Positions 1 through 15,900 of a DNA stretch of 64,000 nucleotides are shown in pieces. The stretch covers positions 7,689-71,688 of the forward strand of contig CANPWE010000001.1 in the NCBI GenBank assembly GCA_947581895.1, in the 5' to 3' direction. The stretch is from an uncultured Clostridia bacterium. GTDB taxonomy: Bacteria; Bacillota; Clostridia; TANB77; CAG-508. Numbering within the stretch: position 1 is the first letter of the stretch; every line of letters starts with the position of its first letter. The position numbers were made by a program, and so were the translations under genes. The notes beneath the pieces are model-generated. The model worked only from the letters and a program-made list of their open reading frames with translations, had not been told where the DNA came from and did no database searches.

Positions 1-14
1 ATGATATTTTAATT

Positions 15-521
15 GTGGTTGTGATTTTTATGTTAATTGAAAGTGTTTCAATTTTTAGTTATCAAAAATTAGTATTAGGAAGTAATGAAAAAGATGAAAT
101 AAATACACAAAATATAATTGATAAAACAATTGTAGATTTAACAGGTGATGAAGCAGAAACATTAGAGCTTATAAATGAATATAGAAAGAAAAATGGGCTT
201 ACAGATTTAAAACCTATTAAAAGTTTACAAGATGTATCAAAATTAAAAGCTGAAGATCTAGTTAATTATGAATATTTCTCACATACTTCTCCAAACCTAG
301 GTACACCATTTGAAATGCTAAAGAACAATGGAATATATTATAAAGTTGCAGGAGAGAATTTAGCCGGAAACACTACTCCTCAAAGGGCTGTAGAGGCTTG
401 GATAAACTCAGAATCTCATCGAGATAATATATTAGATGGAAGATTTCAGTATACGGGAGTATATGTTATTGATAGTGAGGTTTATGGGAAGGTTTTTGTA
501 CAAATATTTATGGGAGTATAA
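15..521 (+). CDS. CAP/SCP-family (YkwD-like) secreted protein; 5' end possibly at or before window start
   Basis: ORF 15-521 (GTG at 15, ATG at 30), stop TAA. Translation shows CAP-domain hallmarks: LINEYRKKNGL, YFSHTSPNLGTPFEML, AGENLA, AVEAWINSESHRDNIL. N-terminus is hydrophobic. Frame stays open back to nt 3, so the true start may lie upstream of the window. Confidence 0.8.
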   Translation: MVVIFMLIESVSIFSYQKLVLGSNEKDEINTQNIIDKTIVDLTGDEAETLELINEYRKKNGLTDLKPIKSLQDVSKLKAEDLVNYEYFSHTSPNLGTPFEMLKNNGIYYKVAGENLAGNTTPQRAVEAWINSESHRDNILDGRFQYTGVYVIDSEVYGKVFVQIFMGV

Positions 522-670
522 AATGAATTTATGTTAATAGAAAATGTTAGTAAAAAGTAAATTTAGTTAGTAAACATTTTTGTAAAGAGCGATGAAATAG
601 CAGTATCCTTAGAGAAAAATGCCAAAATGTTACAAAAATGTAACATAAAAATAAAGAAAATGTTAAAAAA

Positions 671-696
671 GGTAGTTTAAATAAACTATCTTTTTT
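671..696 (+). terminator. rho-independent terminator after the CAP gene
   Basis: 8-bp stem 671-678 / 683-690 (GGTAGTTT / AAACTATC, one G-U pair), 4-nt loop, then TTTTTT at 691-696. Confidence 0.6.
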
Positions 697-853
697 CCGT
701 ATGTGGGCAAATTTTAGTGAAACCGAAAGGCTAGAAATGGGTATTAAATAAAATAAAAAAAAATTTTATAATAATAGTAAGTAAATTAAAAATAAAATTA
801 AATCTAATATTAAAGTAAATATACAGTACTAGAAGAATAAAAGAGATTATAGA

Positions 854-876
854 GAAAATTCAATAGAAAATTCAAT
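854..876 (+). repeat. tandem 11-nt direct repeat GAAAATTCAAT x2 upstream of giant gene 1
   Basis: GAAAATTCAAT at 854-864 and again at 866-876, separated by one A. It abuts and overlaps the only -35-like hexamer upstream of ATG 934. Confidence 0.6.
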
Positions 877-906
877 TGATTTACATAAAACAACATATTT
901 CATAAT
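876..906 (+). promoter_or_regulatory. weak sigmaA-like promoter candidate for giant gene 1
   Basis: TTGATT (876-881), N19, CATAAT (901-906), 28 nt upstream of ATG 934. The spacer is long and such matches are common in AT-rich DNA. Confidence 0.25.
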
Positions 907-933
907 TAATATTTGCAAAGAAGGTGAATACAA

Positions 934-3900
934 ATGAAACTTAGTAAAAAACTAAAAAGACAGCTAAAGAAAAGACTGCTTATATGCATGTCAAGTATAA
1001 CATTTGTGCTAATGCTAATTGCAGGTGGCAAATTAGCAGGAATACCTATGCTAGAAAATTATTTTGGTGGTGTACAAGAAAAGGTATTAAATGTATCACC
1101 AATAAATGGATATGATGTAACGATTAAAGATAATATTTCAATAGAATCATTAGAAAATGAGCAAAATTTAACAAATAGCCAAGATGTTCAGGAGCAAATT
1201 AATATTGTTCCTGAAAGTACACAAATACTAGATATACAAAATATAGAAACAAGTAATGAGTTATCAAACACTAAAAGTATGTTTATAGATAATAAACTAT
1301 CAAACACAGACACAATAACATATATTTATGATGCACAAGACTTAGTAAATTTTAGAAATTCAGTAAATAATGGAGATACATACTTAGGTGAAACTGTATA
1401 TTTAATGAATAATATAGATATGAGTACAGTTTGTTCAGTAACAACAGGTTCTTTTACCCCAATAGGAGCCACAGGTACAAATTTCGCAGGTACATTTAAT
1501 GGAAATTATCATGAAATAAGTAATTTATATATTAGTAGTAATGAATATCCAAGTTTAGGATTATTTGTACAAATACAAAATACGGCAATTATTGAAAATC
1601 TAGTAATGAAAAATTTGTATATATATAATAATTACAACACAAATAATTCTTATACTTGTGCAGGTGGAATAGTAGGAACTAACAATGGAAAGATAATTAA
1701 TTGTGGAGTAGAAAGTGGAAGTGTAGCTGCATATAGAACAGTTTCTTATAGTGGAAGATGGTTAAATGCAATTGCAGGTGGAATTGCAGGAAATTCCAAT
1801 AATGCAGAGATAAATTCTTGTTATAATAAAGCAAAAATTACTGGAAGTAATAACAAAGTAAATTATTTAGGTTCTCTAGTAGGAGGTATTGTAGGTGATG
1901 TAGGAGCGGCAAATAAAGTAATAAATTGTTATAATGTTGGTACAGTAGAAGCAACTGGATATGCTGTCATTCTAGGTGGAATTGTAGGAGATGCAGGAAA
2001 CTCAAAAGGTGCAACTGTTGTCAACTCATATAATAGAGGAACTCTTACAAACAAAGGAGCAGGACAAAACCCATTTATTGCAGGTATAGTAGCAAGAGGA
2101 AATAATACAAAACCAAGCAATAGCTATTGTATAACTGGAAATAATCATGCCTATTATTCTACTACAAGTTCAAGTTCTGCTAATAATACAGGAATGGTAG
2201 CAGCAGCCAATATACAAACATATACAGCAACACTAGGAAGTGCATTTGCATACGATATTTATAATAAAAATGACAATTATCCAGTATTATCATGGCAAAA
2301 TGAAACAACAGTAATGAATTTAAATAAAAATCAAGCATATATAAAAATAAACGAAGAATTACATTTAAATGTTGTAGAAGATGATAAAGTAAAACAAATT
2401 TTAGGAAAAAGTTATCAAGCAAGTGATTTTAAATGGACAAGTACAAATGAAGATGTAGCTACAGTTAATGAAAATGGTGTTGTTAGAGGATTATCAGACG
2501 GATATACAACAATATATGCACACCATGAAGAAAGTGGATTATACGCAATGTGTGTAATAAATGTAGCAAAAGATTTTACAGCTCCACAAATAGCAACAGG
2601 AAATGGATTTACAGTAATATTAAAATCAGATGGAACTGTAGTAACAATAGGAAATAATGAAAAAGGAACATTAGGAAATGGAACAACAGAGAGCTCAAAA
2701 GAAGCAGTAAATGTACGTATAGATATAGATACAGAATTAAAAAATATAGTAAAAATAGCAGTAGGTTCTAACCATGTTTTAGCATTAGCAAGTGATGGAA
2801 AAGTATATGCATGGGGAGCAAATAATGTTGGACAATTGGGACAAAACAATACTGATGATCAAGTGTATGCAAAACTAGTATTAGGAGAAGAAGGATCAAG
2901 CTATCTAACTAATATAGTGGATATAGATGCAGGTGCAACAGGTTCTATAGCTTTAGATAAAAATGGAAACGTATATGTATGGGGAAATGGAATTAATGGA
3001 GAGATAGGAGATAGTGCTAAATTATCAAAAAGCTTACCAGTAAAAGTAGAAAAAGTAAAACATGCAATACAAGTTCAAATGGGAAATGGGCATGTAGGAG
3101 CATTAACATCAGAAGGAGTAGAATGGTCTTGGGGATTAAACACAAATGGACAACTTGGAATAAATTGCACAGTTAGTACTTCATGGCCAATGAAAACAGC
3201 ACTAGATATTACAGAACTTTCTTTAGGTGCAGCTCATACAACTGTAAAGAATATAGATGGAAATCTATATGCAGTAGGAGCATGTAGTAATGGAAGACTA
3301 GGAACAACAGGTACAACAAATCAAACAAAGTATATAGAAATAAGCTTACCTGAAGAAATAAGAAATAATCAAATAAAATATGTAAAATCAGGAATGATGA
3401 ACACAACAATATTATTAAAGAATGGAAGTGTATGGGAAACAGGATTTAATTTACAAGGAGAATTAGGAATTGGAACAGATGGATCAGCTGCTACTTCTAC
3501 AACATTTATACAAGGATTAACAAATGAAAGTACTCCAATAGAAAATGTATTAACAATTGGAAAAAATTTGGGAAATGTAGCTGGTTCTGCAACAGCAGGA
3601 TATGGATTAAACACAGCAGTAATACTAAAAAATGGAGATGTATATACAACTGGAGATAATACATATGGACAAATAGGTAACAATAGTACAGCAAGTAAAT
3701 CATATTATACAAAAATGGGATATGCATATTTAGATTATGAAGATAAAGCAGTAGAAGTTGATGAACAAGGATATCAAATAGATTTAAATAAATTAAAATA
3801 TATTCAACAAGCACTAAATGTATATAATCAAGAGGTATTATTGAAGGTAGGAGATAAAATAAAATACACACTGTTAGATGATACTCTTGCCACTTTAGAT

Positions 3901-6900
3901 GAAAATGGAAAAATAACACCTAAAAAGGGAGTTACAGGAATAACAAGAATTAAAATAGAGGATTTAGCAAACAATTATGAAACTTATTTTACAATAATAA
4001 TAAATAAATTAAAGAATACAGACACAGTAACATATATTTATACTAGTGAAGATATGGTAAACTTTAAAAATAGTGTAAATTCAGGTGATGATTACACAGG
4101 TAAAACAGTATATGTAATGGCAGATATAGACATGAGTAATGTTTGCTCAGAAAGTATTGGTTCATGGGAGCCAATAGGAATAAATACATATTTTGCTGGA
4201 ACTTTTGATGGAAATTATCATAAAGTGAGAAATTTGTATATTAATAGTAATGCATATCCATATTTGGGATTATTTACACAAACAAAAAGTACATCTATAA
4301 TAAAAAATTTAATATTAGAAGATTTGTATGTGTATAGTAATTATAATACTTCAAGTAATAGTAATACAGTAGGTGGTATAGTAGGAAACAATACAGGAAA
4401 GATAATTAATTGTGGAGTAGAAAGTGGAAGTGTAACATCATATAGATCAATCTATGTAAATGGAAAATGGCTAAATATACATATAGGTGGAATTGCAGGA
4501 AATTCTTCTGGCGAAATTAATTCTTGCTACAATAAAGCAAGTATTAGTGGAACAAATAATAAATCAAAGTTTTATTTAGGCTGTTTGGTAGGAGGAATTG
4601 TAGGTAATGCATCAGGAACTAATAAAGTAATAAATTGTTATAATATAGCCAATTTATATGGAACTGGATATGCTCTTATTTTAGGAGGAATAGTTGGAGA
4701 TGCAGCAAATTCACAAAGTACAACAGTATCAAATTGTTATAATATAGGAAGTTTAACAAATGGTGGAGGAACAAATGTAAATATAGCAGGTTTAGTTGCA
4801 AGGGGAAATAATACAAGGCCTACTAATAGTTATTGTATAAATGGAAATACTCATGCATATTATCCTAATATGAGCTCTTCAAGTTATGTTAATACAGGCA
4901 TGGTACAAAAAGAGAACCTAAAAAATTATTCAACAACATTAGGACTAGCATATGAAAAAGATGATTGGGAAATAAATGAAGAATATCCAATTTTATGGTG
5001 GGAAGCACCATCAGTAGAATTAAGTCATAAACAAGTGTATATAGAAGAAAATGAAGAATTAAAATTGAATATAATAGTAAATGAAACAGTAGACAAAATC
5101 TTAGAAAGAAAAGTTTCAGTACAAGACTTTGATTGGAAAAGTACAAACGAAGATATAGCTACTGTTAATGAAGATGCAAAAATTACAGGTGTAAGTGAAG
5201 GATATACTACAATATATGGACATCATAAAGAAAAAGATTTATATGCAATGTGTGTAGTATATGTATCAGCAAAAGGTAAACAAGCTACTCCACAAATAGA
5301 AACAGGAGAAAACTTTACAGCAATATTAAAACCAGATGGAACAGTATGGACAATAGGAAATAATGAAAAAGGACAGCTAGGAGATGGAACAAATGAAGAA
5401 AGAATAGAAGCAGTTCAAGTAAAAACTAGTGATGGAAAGGGATTAACAGGAATAATAAAAATATCAGTAGGAACAAACCATGTATTAGCATTAACAGACA
5501 ATGGTGAAATATATGCATGGGGAGCAAATGACTATGGACAATTAGGAATAAATAACACAGAATCTTCAAATTATGCAGTAAAAGTATTGGGAGAAGGAGG
5601 TTCATCAATACTTGATAGAATAATAGATATAAGTGCTGGAGCATATGGAAGTAGTGCTATAAATGAATTTGGTTGGGTATATGTATGGGGAAATGGAACC
5701 TATGGAGAAATGGGAAATGCAACAACCATCTCTAATAGTACACCAACAAAAACAACGGTAAACAATGGAATATCAGTATCAACAGGATCAGGTCACAATG
5801 TGGCACTAGCTCAGAGTGGAAGAATATATACATGGGGAAGAAATACATATGGAGAATTAGGAATAGGAAATACAGCAAATAATACAACAGTTTTAAAAGT
5901 TGCTGATAAGGCAACAGAAATATCAGCTGCAGGATATGAAACTGTAGTAAAAGATATAGATAAAAAAGTATATGTAGCAGGATTAAATACCTCAGGACAA
6001 TTAGGATTAGGAACATATACAAATGTAACAAAATTGACAGAAACAAAGCTTCCAGAAGAAAACAGTATACCTGAAGGAACAGATCCACAAGAAGAAACAA
6101 TAAATAATGATGTAAAATATGTAAAAGCAGGAAGTGGAAGTATAACTATTCAATTAAAAAATGGAGAAATATATACAATAGGAATAAACACAAAAGGAGA
6201 ACTAGGAGTAGGAACAAATACAAATGAAACAAAATTTGTAAGAGGTAAAATAATAGAAAAAAATGAAGATGAAATAGAGGAAGTAGTAGAATTAGAAAAT
6301 ACATTAATTATAGGAAGAAGCAATGGAGAAAATACAAGTTTAGATATAGCAACAATAAATGAAAATGGAAGAGTATATACAGCAGGAGCAAATACAAATG
6401 GCCAAATAGGAGATAACACCAAAAATGATACAAATTATTTTACAAAAATGGGATATGTAAAAGTAAATTATCCAGAGAAAATAGAAATGAAGGTAGGGGA
6501 TATTAAGCATTTTACAGAAGAAGATATACAATACAAAGAAATTTATTTTAACATTAATAAAGAAGATGTAATAAAAAAGACATTAATAAATAATGGAATA
6601 ATACAAGATGAAGAAATAGCCACATATGAAACAGGTACAGTAACAGCAAAAACAGTAGGAAATACCATATTAATAATAAAAAAAGAAGAAACAAAAACAT
6701 TAGTATATATACCAGTAAAGGTATTACCACAAAATACAGAAGGAACAGTAGTTCCAGATGTTAAAACAGGAGATAATTTTACAATTTCATTAAAATCAGA
6801 TGGAACAATATGGAGTTTTGGTACAAATACAAATGGAGAATTAGGATTAGGTGATAAAACATATAGAAATTCACCAAAACAAGTTAAAATATTAAAAGAA

Positions 6901-9900
6901 GAAAGTACACAAAATATAGAAGAAATAGAGAATATAGATGAAACAGTAGAATCAGAAGGACAAGTAGAATCAGAAAAAACAGAAAAATTAGAAATAATAG
7001 AGCAAATAGCAGTAGGAAATAGCCATGTAATAGTTTTAACAGAAGATGGAAAGGTATATACATGGGGATTAAATAGTAGTGGACAATTAGGGAATGGAAC
7101 AAAAACGAATAGTTATATTCCTCAAGAGGTGCAAATGCCAGAGGGAAAAGAATTGGTGAAGGTAATACAAGATACAGTAATAAAAATAATAGCAAATAAA
7201 AATGTAAGTTATGCAATAACTCAGCAAGGAAAAGTATATGCATGGGGAGAAGGTTATGGAACAAAACCAACACTGCTAGAGAAAACAATAGAAAAGACAA
7301 TAGAAGTAGAAGAAGAGAAACAAGACAAAACAGAAAAATTAGAGATAAATCTAATTGATTTATCCAATAATTATATGTTAGATATAGAGGGAAATGTTTA
7401 TAGTAAAAACACAGGAAATAAATTAGAAATAGAAGAAAAAATAAAACAAATATCAGAAGGAACAAACCATACACTATTCTTAAGTAAAACAGGAAAAGGC
7501 TATTCAATAGGACAAAATGCATATGGACAGTTAGGAAATGGTGATTATTCAGCAAGCGAAAATAATGTAGTAAAAATAAAGTCTATAGAAGGAAGTACTG
7601 AATTACAAAACATAATAAAACTTGAAGCAGGAGATGGATATTCAGTAGCAATACTAAAAGATGGAAAACTATTAGAATGGGGAGCTAATAGAGCAGGTCA
7701 ATTGGGAATAGAACAAAGCAAAGTTGAGGAAACATGTAATATAAAAGAAAACGAACATGTATCATCACTTGTTGAAGAAACAAAACAAAAATTAATGATA
7801 ATGGACGCAGGAGGAGACCATGTGGCAATAGCACTAACTGATGGAAATGTATATACATGGGGATTAAATACAGATGGAGAGCTAGGAAATGCAACAAATG
7901 ATAATAGTATAGTGCCACAATTAGTTGGAAAAAATATAGTTGAAACAAACATAAATAATTTAATTCTAAGCGAAAATGAAACATTTGATATAAATGCAAA
8001 CACAACATATTTTAACTTATTACAAGAAATAGGAAATGAAATAGAATATGAAAGCAAAGATACACAAGTAATAACAGTAAATAATAAAACAGGAGAAGCT
8101 ACTGCAGTAAGACAAGGAAAAACAATAATAGTAGCAAAAGAGAAAGATACAGATAATATGTCAGTTATTCAGGTTAGGGTATTACCAGATGGAATAGAAA
8201 TAGAACAGGAACCAGAACCAGAGCCAGGGCAAACAGAACATAAAAAAATAAAAATAGAGCCAGAAGTAGTAACAAATGGTAGCCATACAGTAACATTAAA
8301 AGTAGATGGTACTGTTTGGTGTTATGGAAATAATTCGAATGGAGAATTAGGAAATGAAACAACAAAGTATTCAGATGAACCAGTACAGGCAATATTCCCA
8401 GAAGGAACAATAATAATACAAATATCAGCAGGAGAAAACTTTTCATTAGCATTAGATAGTGAAGGTCATGTTTGGGCATGGGGAGCAAATGACTATTATC
8501 AATTAGGAAGTACTATAAAAGGATATATAAATAAACCAACCAAAGTACAAGGTTTAGAAAGAATAACAAAAATATCAGCAGGAAGTTATTCTGCATTAGC
8601 AATAGATGAAAACAAAGAAGTATATGGTTGGGGACTAAACTCAAATGGAGAATTAGGAATAGGAAGTTACACAAATAAAGTAAGCATTCCTACAAAAGCA
8701 AAATATATATCAGACATTATAGACATAGAAATAGGGAAAAACCATGCGATAGCATTAAAAACAACAGGAGAGGTATATGTAACAGGACTAAATATGTATG
8801 GACAACTAGGAAGTGGAAATACAACTATAAAGAAAGTATCACATTTTACAAAAGTAGAATCATTAAAAGAAGTAGGAAGAATAGGAACAACAGAATCAGG
8901 AAATATTATAGCAACAGTAGATGGAGAAGTATATACATGGGGCTTGAATATTTATGGAGAATTAGGTTTAGGAGATAAAACAAATAGAAGTACTCCAGAA
9001 AAAGTAGTAGAACTACAAAATATAGTAGATATAGATGGAGGAAAAAATCATGCAATAGCTTTAGATAGACAAGGAAAAGTATATTTAGCTGGTTCAAATA
9101 GATATGGACAATTAGGAAATGGTACAATAGAAGATAATACTCAATTTGGAGAAATACAAATAAAAGATATAATGACAGTATCAGCAGGAAATACATATAC
9201 TGCTATGGCAAAAACAGATGGAACTGTATGGGGAAATGGAGATTATAATCATGGAGACACAACATTAAAAAGTAAAACAAATAGTCTAGTTCCAATGCAA
9301 GTAGGAAATGATACATTTGGCTTAGGAGTAATAAAAGTAACTGTAAAAAAAGAAGAAACAGTAAATATAACTAAAAATATAGCATTTAGTTTCAATCTAA
9401 TGTTCTTAAACAAAAATAATGTAGAAGATATAGAATATACAAGTTTAAATGAAGAAATAGCCATAGTAGATGAGGAAGGAAATGTAACAGGAAAAAAAGA
9501 AGGATTTACATGGGTAAAAGCAACTGAAGCAGATGGTAAAGAACATGTAGTGGGTGTATATGTAATTGATAAAGAATCAGAATATGCACCAGAAGTAAGT
9601 GCAGGAGAAGACTTTGCAACAGTATTAAAGTCAGAAGGAACAATATGGACATTTGGACATAACAATAATGGAGAACTAGGAATAGGTTCAAACAAAACAA
9701 AAGATATACCAGAAAGAACAAATGTTAATGCATCATATAGTGAGAGTAATTCAGGAAATAGTTTCACAATAGCATTAAGAAAAGATGGAACAGTATGGAG
9801 TTTTGGAAAGAATAATTATGGTCAATTAGGAACAGGGAACACAAACAACTTGTTAAGTCCAATGCAAATATCAGGAATAGGTGATATAGTACAAATAGCA

Positions 9901-12900
9901 GTAGGAAAAGAACATGTTGTTGCAATGGATAGCTATGGAATATTATATGGATGGGGAAGAAATATAGAGCAACAATTAGGAATAAAAGGAACAATGATTG
10001 TAAGCCCAACAGTAATCCCATACACAGAAGGAACCATAAGTAGTGTATGGGCAGGAGAAAATGAAACTGTGATTATTAATACACAAGGTAAAGTGTATGG
10101 ATATGGAAGCTTATTAAAAGGAGAATTAAAAGGAATAGATAATGCTGTAAAAGTATCAATAGGAAAAGGATATATGTTAATTTTAACAACATCAGGAGAA
10201 GTGTATAAATATGATGGAAAATTGGTTAAAGTAAATGGATTAAGTGAAATAGTAGATATAGATGTAACAGGAAAAAATAATATAGCACAAACAAAAAACG
10301 AGGAAGTATATACATGGGTTGATGAAAATGTTCCTGTTAAAGATGAATTAGAAAATATTTACACAATAGGTGTAGGAGTAAACAACTATTATGTAATATT
10401 AACAGATGGAACTGTATATGCAAAAGGAAATAATAAATATGGACAATTAGGAAATAGCACAAGGATTGATAGTGAGAAATTTACTTTGATAGGAGATAGA
10501 CAATTTAACATAGATCCTGAAACAGCAACAATGAAAGTTGGTGACATAGAAAATATTGATATACAAGGAAATCCATTTAATGTATTTAATTTTAACAAGT
10601 TATCAAGTAATGAGTATACTTTTGTAAGTGATGAAGAAAATGTAGTATCTGTAGAATCAGGAAAATTAAAAGCTGTAGCAGAAGGAACTGCACATATAAC
10701 AATTACAGATAAAGTAACAGGAGAGCAGATTACTATTACAAGAATAGTAATAGCACAAGAAGAAGATAGGATTTTAGAAATAAAAGTAGATGATACACTT
10801 GCAAATTTAGCAAAAGATTCAACAAAAGAAAAAATGAAATATGAAGTTAAAGTAGTTACAGATAAGAACACAGGATTATTACAAATTAAGACAAAAGAAG
10901 CAACAGATAGAATAAAAATAAATGATAGTGAATGGCAAGAAAATGGAACATTTAGTCAAGAAGTTAGTTTAGAAAGTAAGACAACTGAATTTACTATTAC
11001 AGTTGGAGTTAAAAATAATGAAAACAATTACCCAGTAGAATATACATACACCTTAATTGTTGAGAAGATATCAGATGATATACAATTAGACAAAATAACA
11101 GTAACATCAACAGATGATGAGGGAAATACAAGTAAATTGCAAGCAATACCAATAAGTACTACAAAATATGAAGTTATAGTAGATGAACCTACACAAATTT
11201 CAGAAGTAGAAGCAGTTGCAAGAAGTGAATATAGTTTTGTAAGTATAGATGGATTAGAATATTCAAAACATACTCAAAAAACTAATATAGATATGGAAAA
11301 TAGCACAAGTAAAGAAATTATAATATTAGTAAAATCTGAAGCTGAAACAGAAGTAGAATATACATTAATTATTAATAAAAAGAATGAAGCAATGAACTTA
11401 TCAAGCTTAAAAGTAAATGATAAAGAAGCTAGAAAAGTATCAGAAACAATGTATGTTGCATCTGTAAAAAAAGATTGTGATTTAGCAACTATAGAAGCAA
11501 ATGTAGTTAGTAATTTAGCAAATATAAGCATAGCAAATAAAGATTATGAATTATCTACAAGTACAAGACAAGTAAAAATAAATAGTAATGTAACACAGGT
11601 ATCAATAAAAGTAATGCTACAAGAAGATATAAAAGAATATACATTATATATTTATAAAACAGATGAAGAAATAGAAGAAAGCTTACAACTAGAGGTGTTA
11701 TTAGTAAATGGTGTATTAATAGAACCAGAAGAAGAAAATGGAAAATATGTAGTTTATTTACCAAGTGTTGAAACAGAAGCAACAATTAAAGCAATAGCAA
11801 AAGAAAGCACAACATTAGTAAATATAGATAATCAAGGTGATGAAGAAGGAGATAGTGAAAGAAAAGTTGAAATAACAGAGGATGAAAATGAATATACTGT
11901 AAAATTAACAAATACATCAAAAGACAGTAAAGAATATAAAGTAATAATAAGAAAAGCAGAGAAAGATACAACATTAGATAAAATCTATGTAACTAAAGAA
12001 GATTTACAAGTACAAGCAGAATTACAAGATGATGGAACATATTTAGTAAAATTACCTTTAGGTTTTGAAGATGCTTATGTAACAGCAGTAGCAAGATATC
12101 CTAAAGCAAAAGTACAAGTTAATCAAACAGGAAAATATGTAATTAAACAAGATACACAAAATGTAAAATTACAAGATACAATTACTCAAGTAATAATTAA
12201 AGTTGAATCAGATGATGGAACCAATGAAAATAGCTATATATTAAATATAGTTAAAAAATCTAATAATGCAGATTTAAACTATATAGAAGTGAATGAAAAA
12301 AGAGCAACATTACAAGATGATGGAACATATTTAATAAATCTTAGTGAAGCATTAACAGAAGTGAATGTAAAAGCTCAAGCAAAAGATGAAAATGCAGATA
12401 TAAAAATAGATGGTTATGAATTTAATAAACAGACAACAACAGAAACAGTAAAAATAGACTCAAAAGAAACAATATGTACAATATATGTAAAAGCTGAAGA
12501 TGGAACAGTAAAAAAATATACACTAAGAATATCTGGATTACCAGATGATTCAACATTACAAAGTGTAACAGTAAATGGAATAGAAGCTAAATATATTGAA
12601 GGAGAAAACAAATATGAAATAAGATCTGAAGAAACAAACTTTAATATAGTAGCAACTGCAACTGATAACCTTGCAAAAGTAAGTTTAAACGAAAATAAGG
12701 AAGATATAGGAAGTAGCACAATAACAGTAACTAAAGAAAATGAAGTAACCATAGTAAAAATAAAAGTAACTGCACAAGATGGAATAGATAGTACAGAATA
12801 TATATTAGAAATAAAAGAAAAATCGAATGATACAGCACTACAAAGTGTAGTAGTAAATGGGCAACAAGCAACAATAAATTCAGAAGGAAATTATATTGCA

Positions 12901-15900
12901 AGTATAAAAGGTAATGAAGATAATGCAATAATAGTTATTAATGCAAATGACAGTTTCGCAACAGTATATTTAGATGAAGATACTCAAAATGAAAGTAATC
13001 TTACAATAACAAAAACTATAACACAAAAAGAAACCAAGTATACAATAAAAGTAGAAGCAGAAGATGGAACAGAACAAACATATAAATTAATAATTACAAA
13101 ATTATCAAGTAATATAGAAATAAAAAAATTGTCTGTAACTATGAAAATAGAAAAAGTATCAGAAGGTGAATCAGAAGATGTTACAGAAGAAAGTACACAA
13201 GAAGGTTCAAAGGAACTACAAACAGAAGAAAAAACAGTAGTTTTAGAACCACTAGAAGATGGAAACTATTACTTAAAGATTGAAAGAGTAGATAATGTAG
13301 ATGTAAAAGCAATACTAGAAGATAATGCTGCAAGTGTAAAAATTAGAAATTCAAATTTTGTATTGGCAGAAAACTCTCAAACTATAAATACAGTAAGTGA
13401 AATAACAAATGTAATAATAACAGTAAAAGCAGAAGATGGAACAATAAAAACATATACACTAATTCTAGAAAAGAAATCAAATGATACATCAATAAAATCA
13501 ATAGAATCAGAAGATCTAGTCAATATAGAAGAACAGAAAGTATATGTAGATGAAGAATTAGAAAGTATAGATCTAAAAATAGTAACAAATAGTGAATTAG
13601 CATATATAAAAGAACAAAAAGATGAAGATAACAATTACAAATTACACGAAATAACAGTACATGTGGATTTGACAGAAGAACTAATACCAGATGAAGAAAA
13701 TCAATTAGATGAAGGAATACCTGTAAAAGTAGTAGTAAAAGCAGAAGATGGAACCATTGAAGAACATACAATAAAAATAATAAAATTTGGAAATACAAAT
13801 TTAGTAAAAGTAAAAGTACAAGATGAAGAAGTACAAAATAAGAATAATATCTATGATGCAGTAATAAATGTAGCAGAAACAGCAAAAGTAGAGATAAACG
13901 CAGAAAATAAAAACGCTACAATACAAATAATAAAAGTAACAGAAAATGATGATGGTGAACAAACAGAAGAAATAATAGCAGAATCAGAAGAGCCAGGAAA
14001 ATTGTTAAAAGAAGATTTACCATTAGAGGATGACCCACAATACTATAAAATAAGAGTAATTTCAGCAAAAGAATCATCAATTTTTGATTATGATTTAATA
14101 ATAGAATTAAAATCAATTGAAACAGGAATAGAATATGTAAAAGTAGATGAAACCAATGCTACAGTAATAAATGATGTATATACATCAATAGTATCAAAAA
14201 AGGATACATATCCATTACAAATAAGATTAACTGATGAAAAAGCAGAAGTAAAAATTTCATACACATATCATAATGGAGAAATTGAATATGAAGGAGAATA
14301 TCAACAAGGAAAATTAGAAGAAGAAGTACCAGTATATGAAGGAGAAACATTAGAAGTAACAATAACAGTAAAAGCAGAAAATGGAAATACAAAAACATAT
14401 ACACTAAATATAAAAAGAATAAGTGATAATACAGATTTAGAGTATGTAAAAGTAGAAGGGGAGACTGTTACAAACTATGATGAAGATACAAAAACTTATT
14501 CAATAACAGTGGATAATAAATTACAAAATGCAGAAATAGAAGTAAAAGCGATTTCAGAAAAAGCAAAAGTAAGAATAGAGTCAGAGGTACAAACACAAAT
14601 AGTTGATATGCAAGTATCATTAGATGGACCAGGAACAGAAAAAATGCTAACAGTAACTGTAACAGCAGAAGATGGAACAAATAAAGAATACTATATTAGA
14701 ATAATACAATTAAAAGAAAATATTTCATTACAAAGTGTTATGGTAAATGATAAAGAAGCAACTAGAATAGATATATATACATATGAAGCAATAATAACAG
14801 ATAAAGAGGAAATAGCAACAATAATAGCAACAGCACAAAAAGACACAAGTACTGTTTCAATAAATGGAGAACAAGAAAACATACAAACTAGTACAAAACA
14901 AATTGAAGTAAATGGAAAAAGAATAATAGAAGTACCAATAATAGTAAAGGCAGATGATGAAACACAACAAACATATAATTTAACTATTATAGTACAAGAT
15001 ACTAACAATGAAGTAGAATATGTAAAAGTAAATGATGAAGATATAGAACCAGATAAAGAGAAAATAACTCTAGAAGAAGAATCAAGTTCAGAAGAATATA
15101 AAACAATATATAAAGCAGTAATAAAAGATGATAGTGAAATTCAAAATATAGAAATAAAAGCAAAAAGCATATATTCTTTAATAGAAATCACAAATGGGGA
15201 TCAACTTGATTTAGTAGAAGATATAGATGTAAGTTCAGATGAAAATCAACTTGTATCTGCATCTGGAAAATTAGAAATTTCATTAAAAACTCCAGATAAT
15301 GTAACAGTAATAGAGTTCACAGTAATATCAGAAGCAGGAGAAGAACAAAATTTCACAATCATATTAACAAAAGAATCAGCAGATAATAGCTTATTAGAAG
15401 TTAATGTAAATGGAGAAAAAGCAACAAAAGTTGATACAAATAAATATGAAATAACAATAAAAGACACAACAGGAGTAGCTGAAATAGAAGCAATAGCAAA
15501 AGCTGTTACAAGTACAGTATCAATAGATAATGAAATAGCAAATGAAGCAAAAGGTATCAAATCTATTTTAATAAATGGAGAAAAGACTATAAATGTAAAG
15601 ATAGTAGTTAAATCTAAAATAGGTGTAGAACAAACATATGATTTAACAATAACAGTAATAGAAGCAAATACTAAATTAGAATATGTAAAAGTAAATGGAA
15701 GCAAAATAGATCCAGAACAAGATGGTGTAACTTACAAAGAGCTAATAGAAGATGAGAGTGAAGATGCAAGTATAGAAATAAAACTTGAAGGATATCATGC
15801 TAATATTGAAATAACAAATAAAGAGGATATACAAATAACAAATCAAGATGGTACTGAAATATCTGAAGAAACTTTAATTGGAAACACATTAAGCTTTAAA

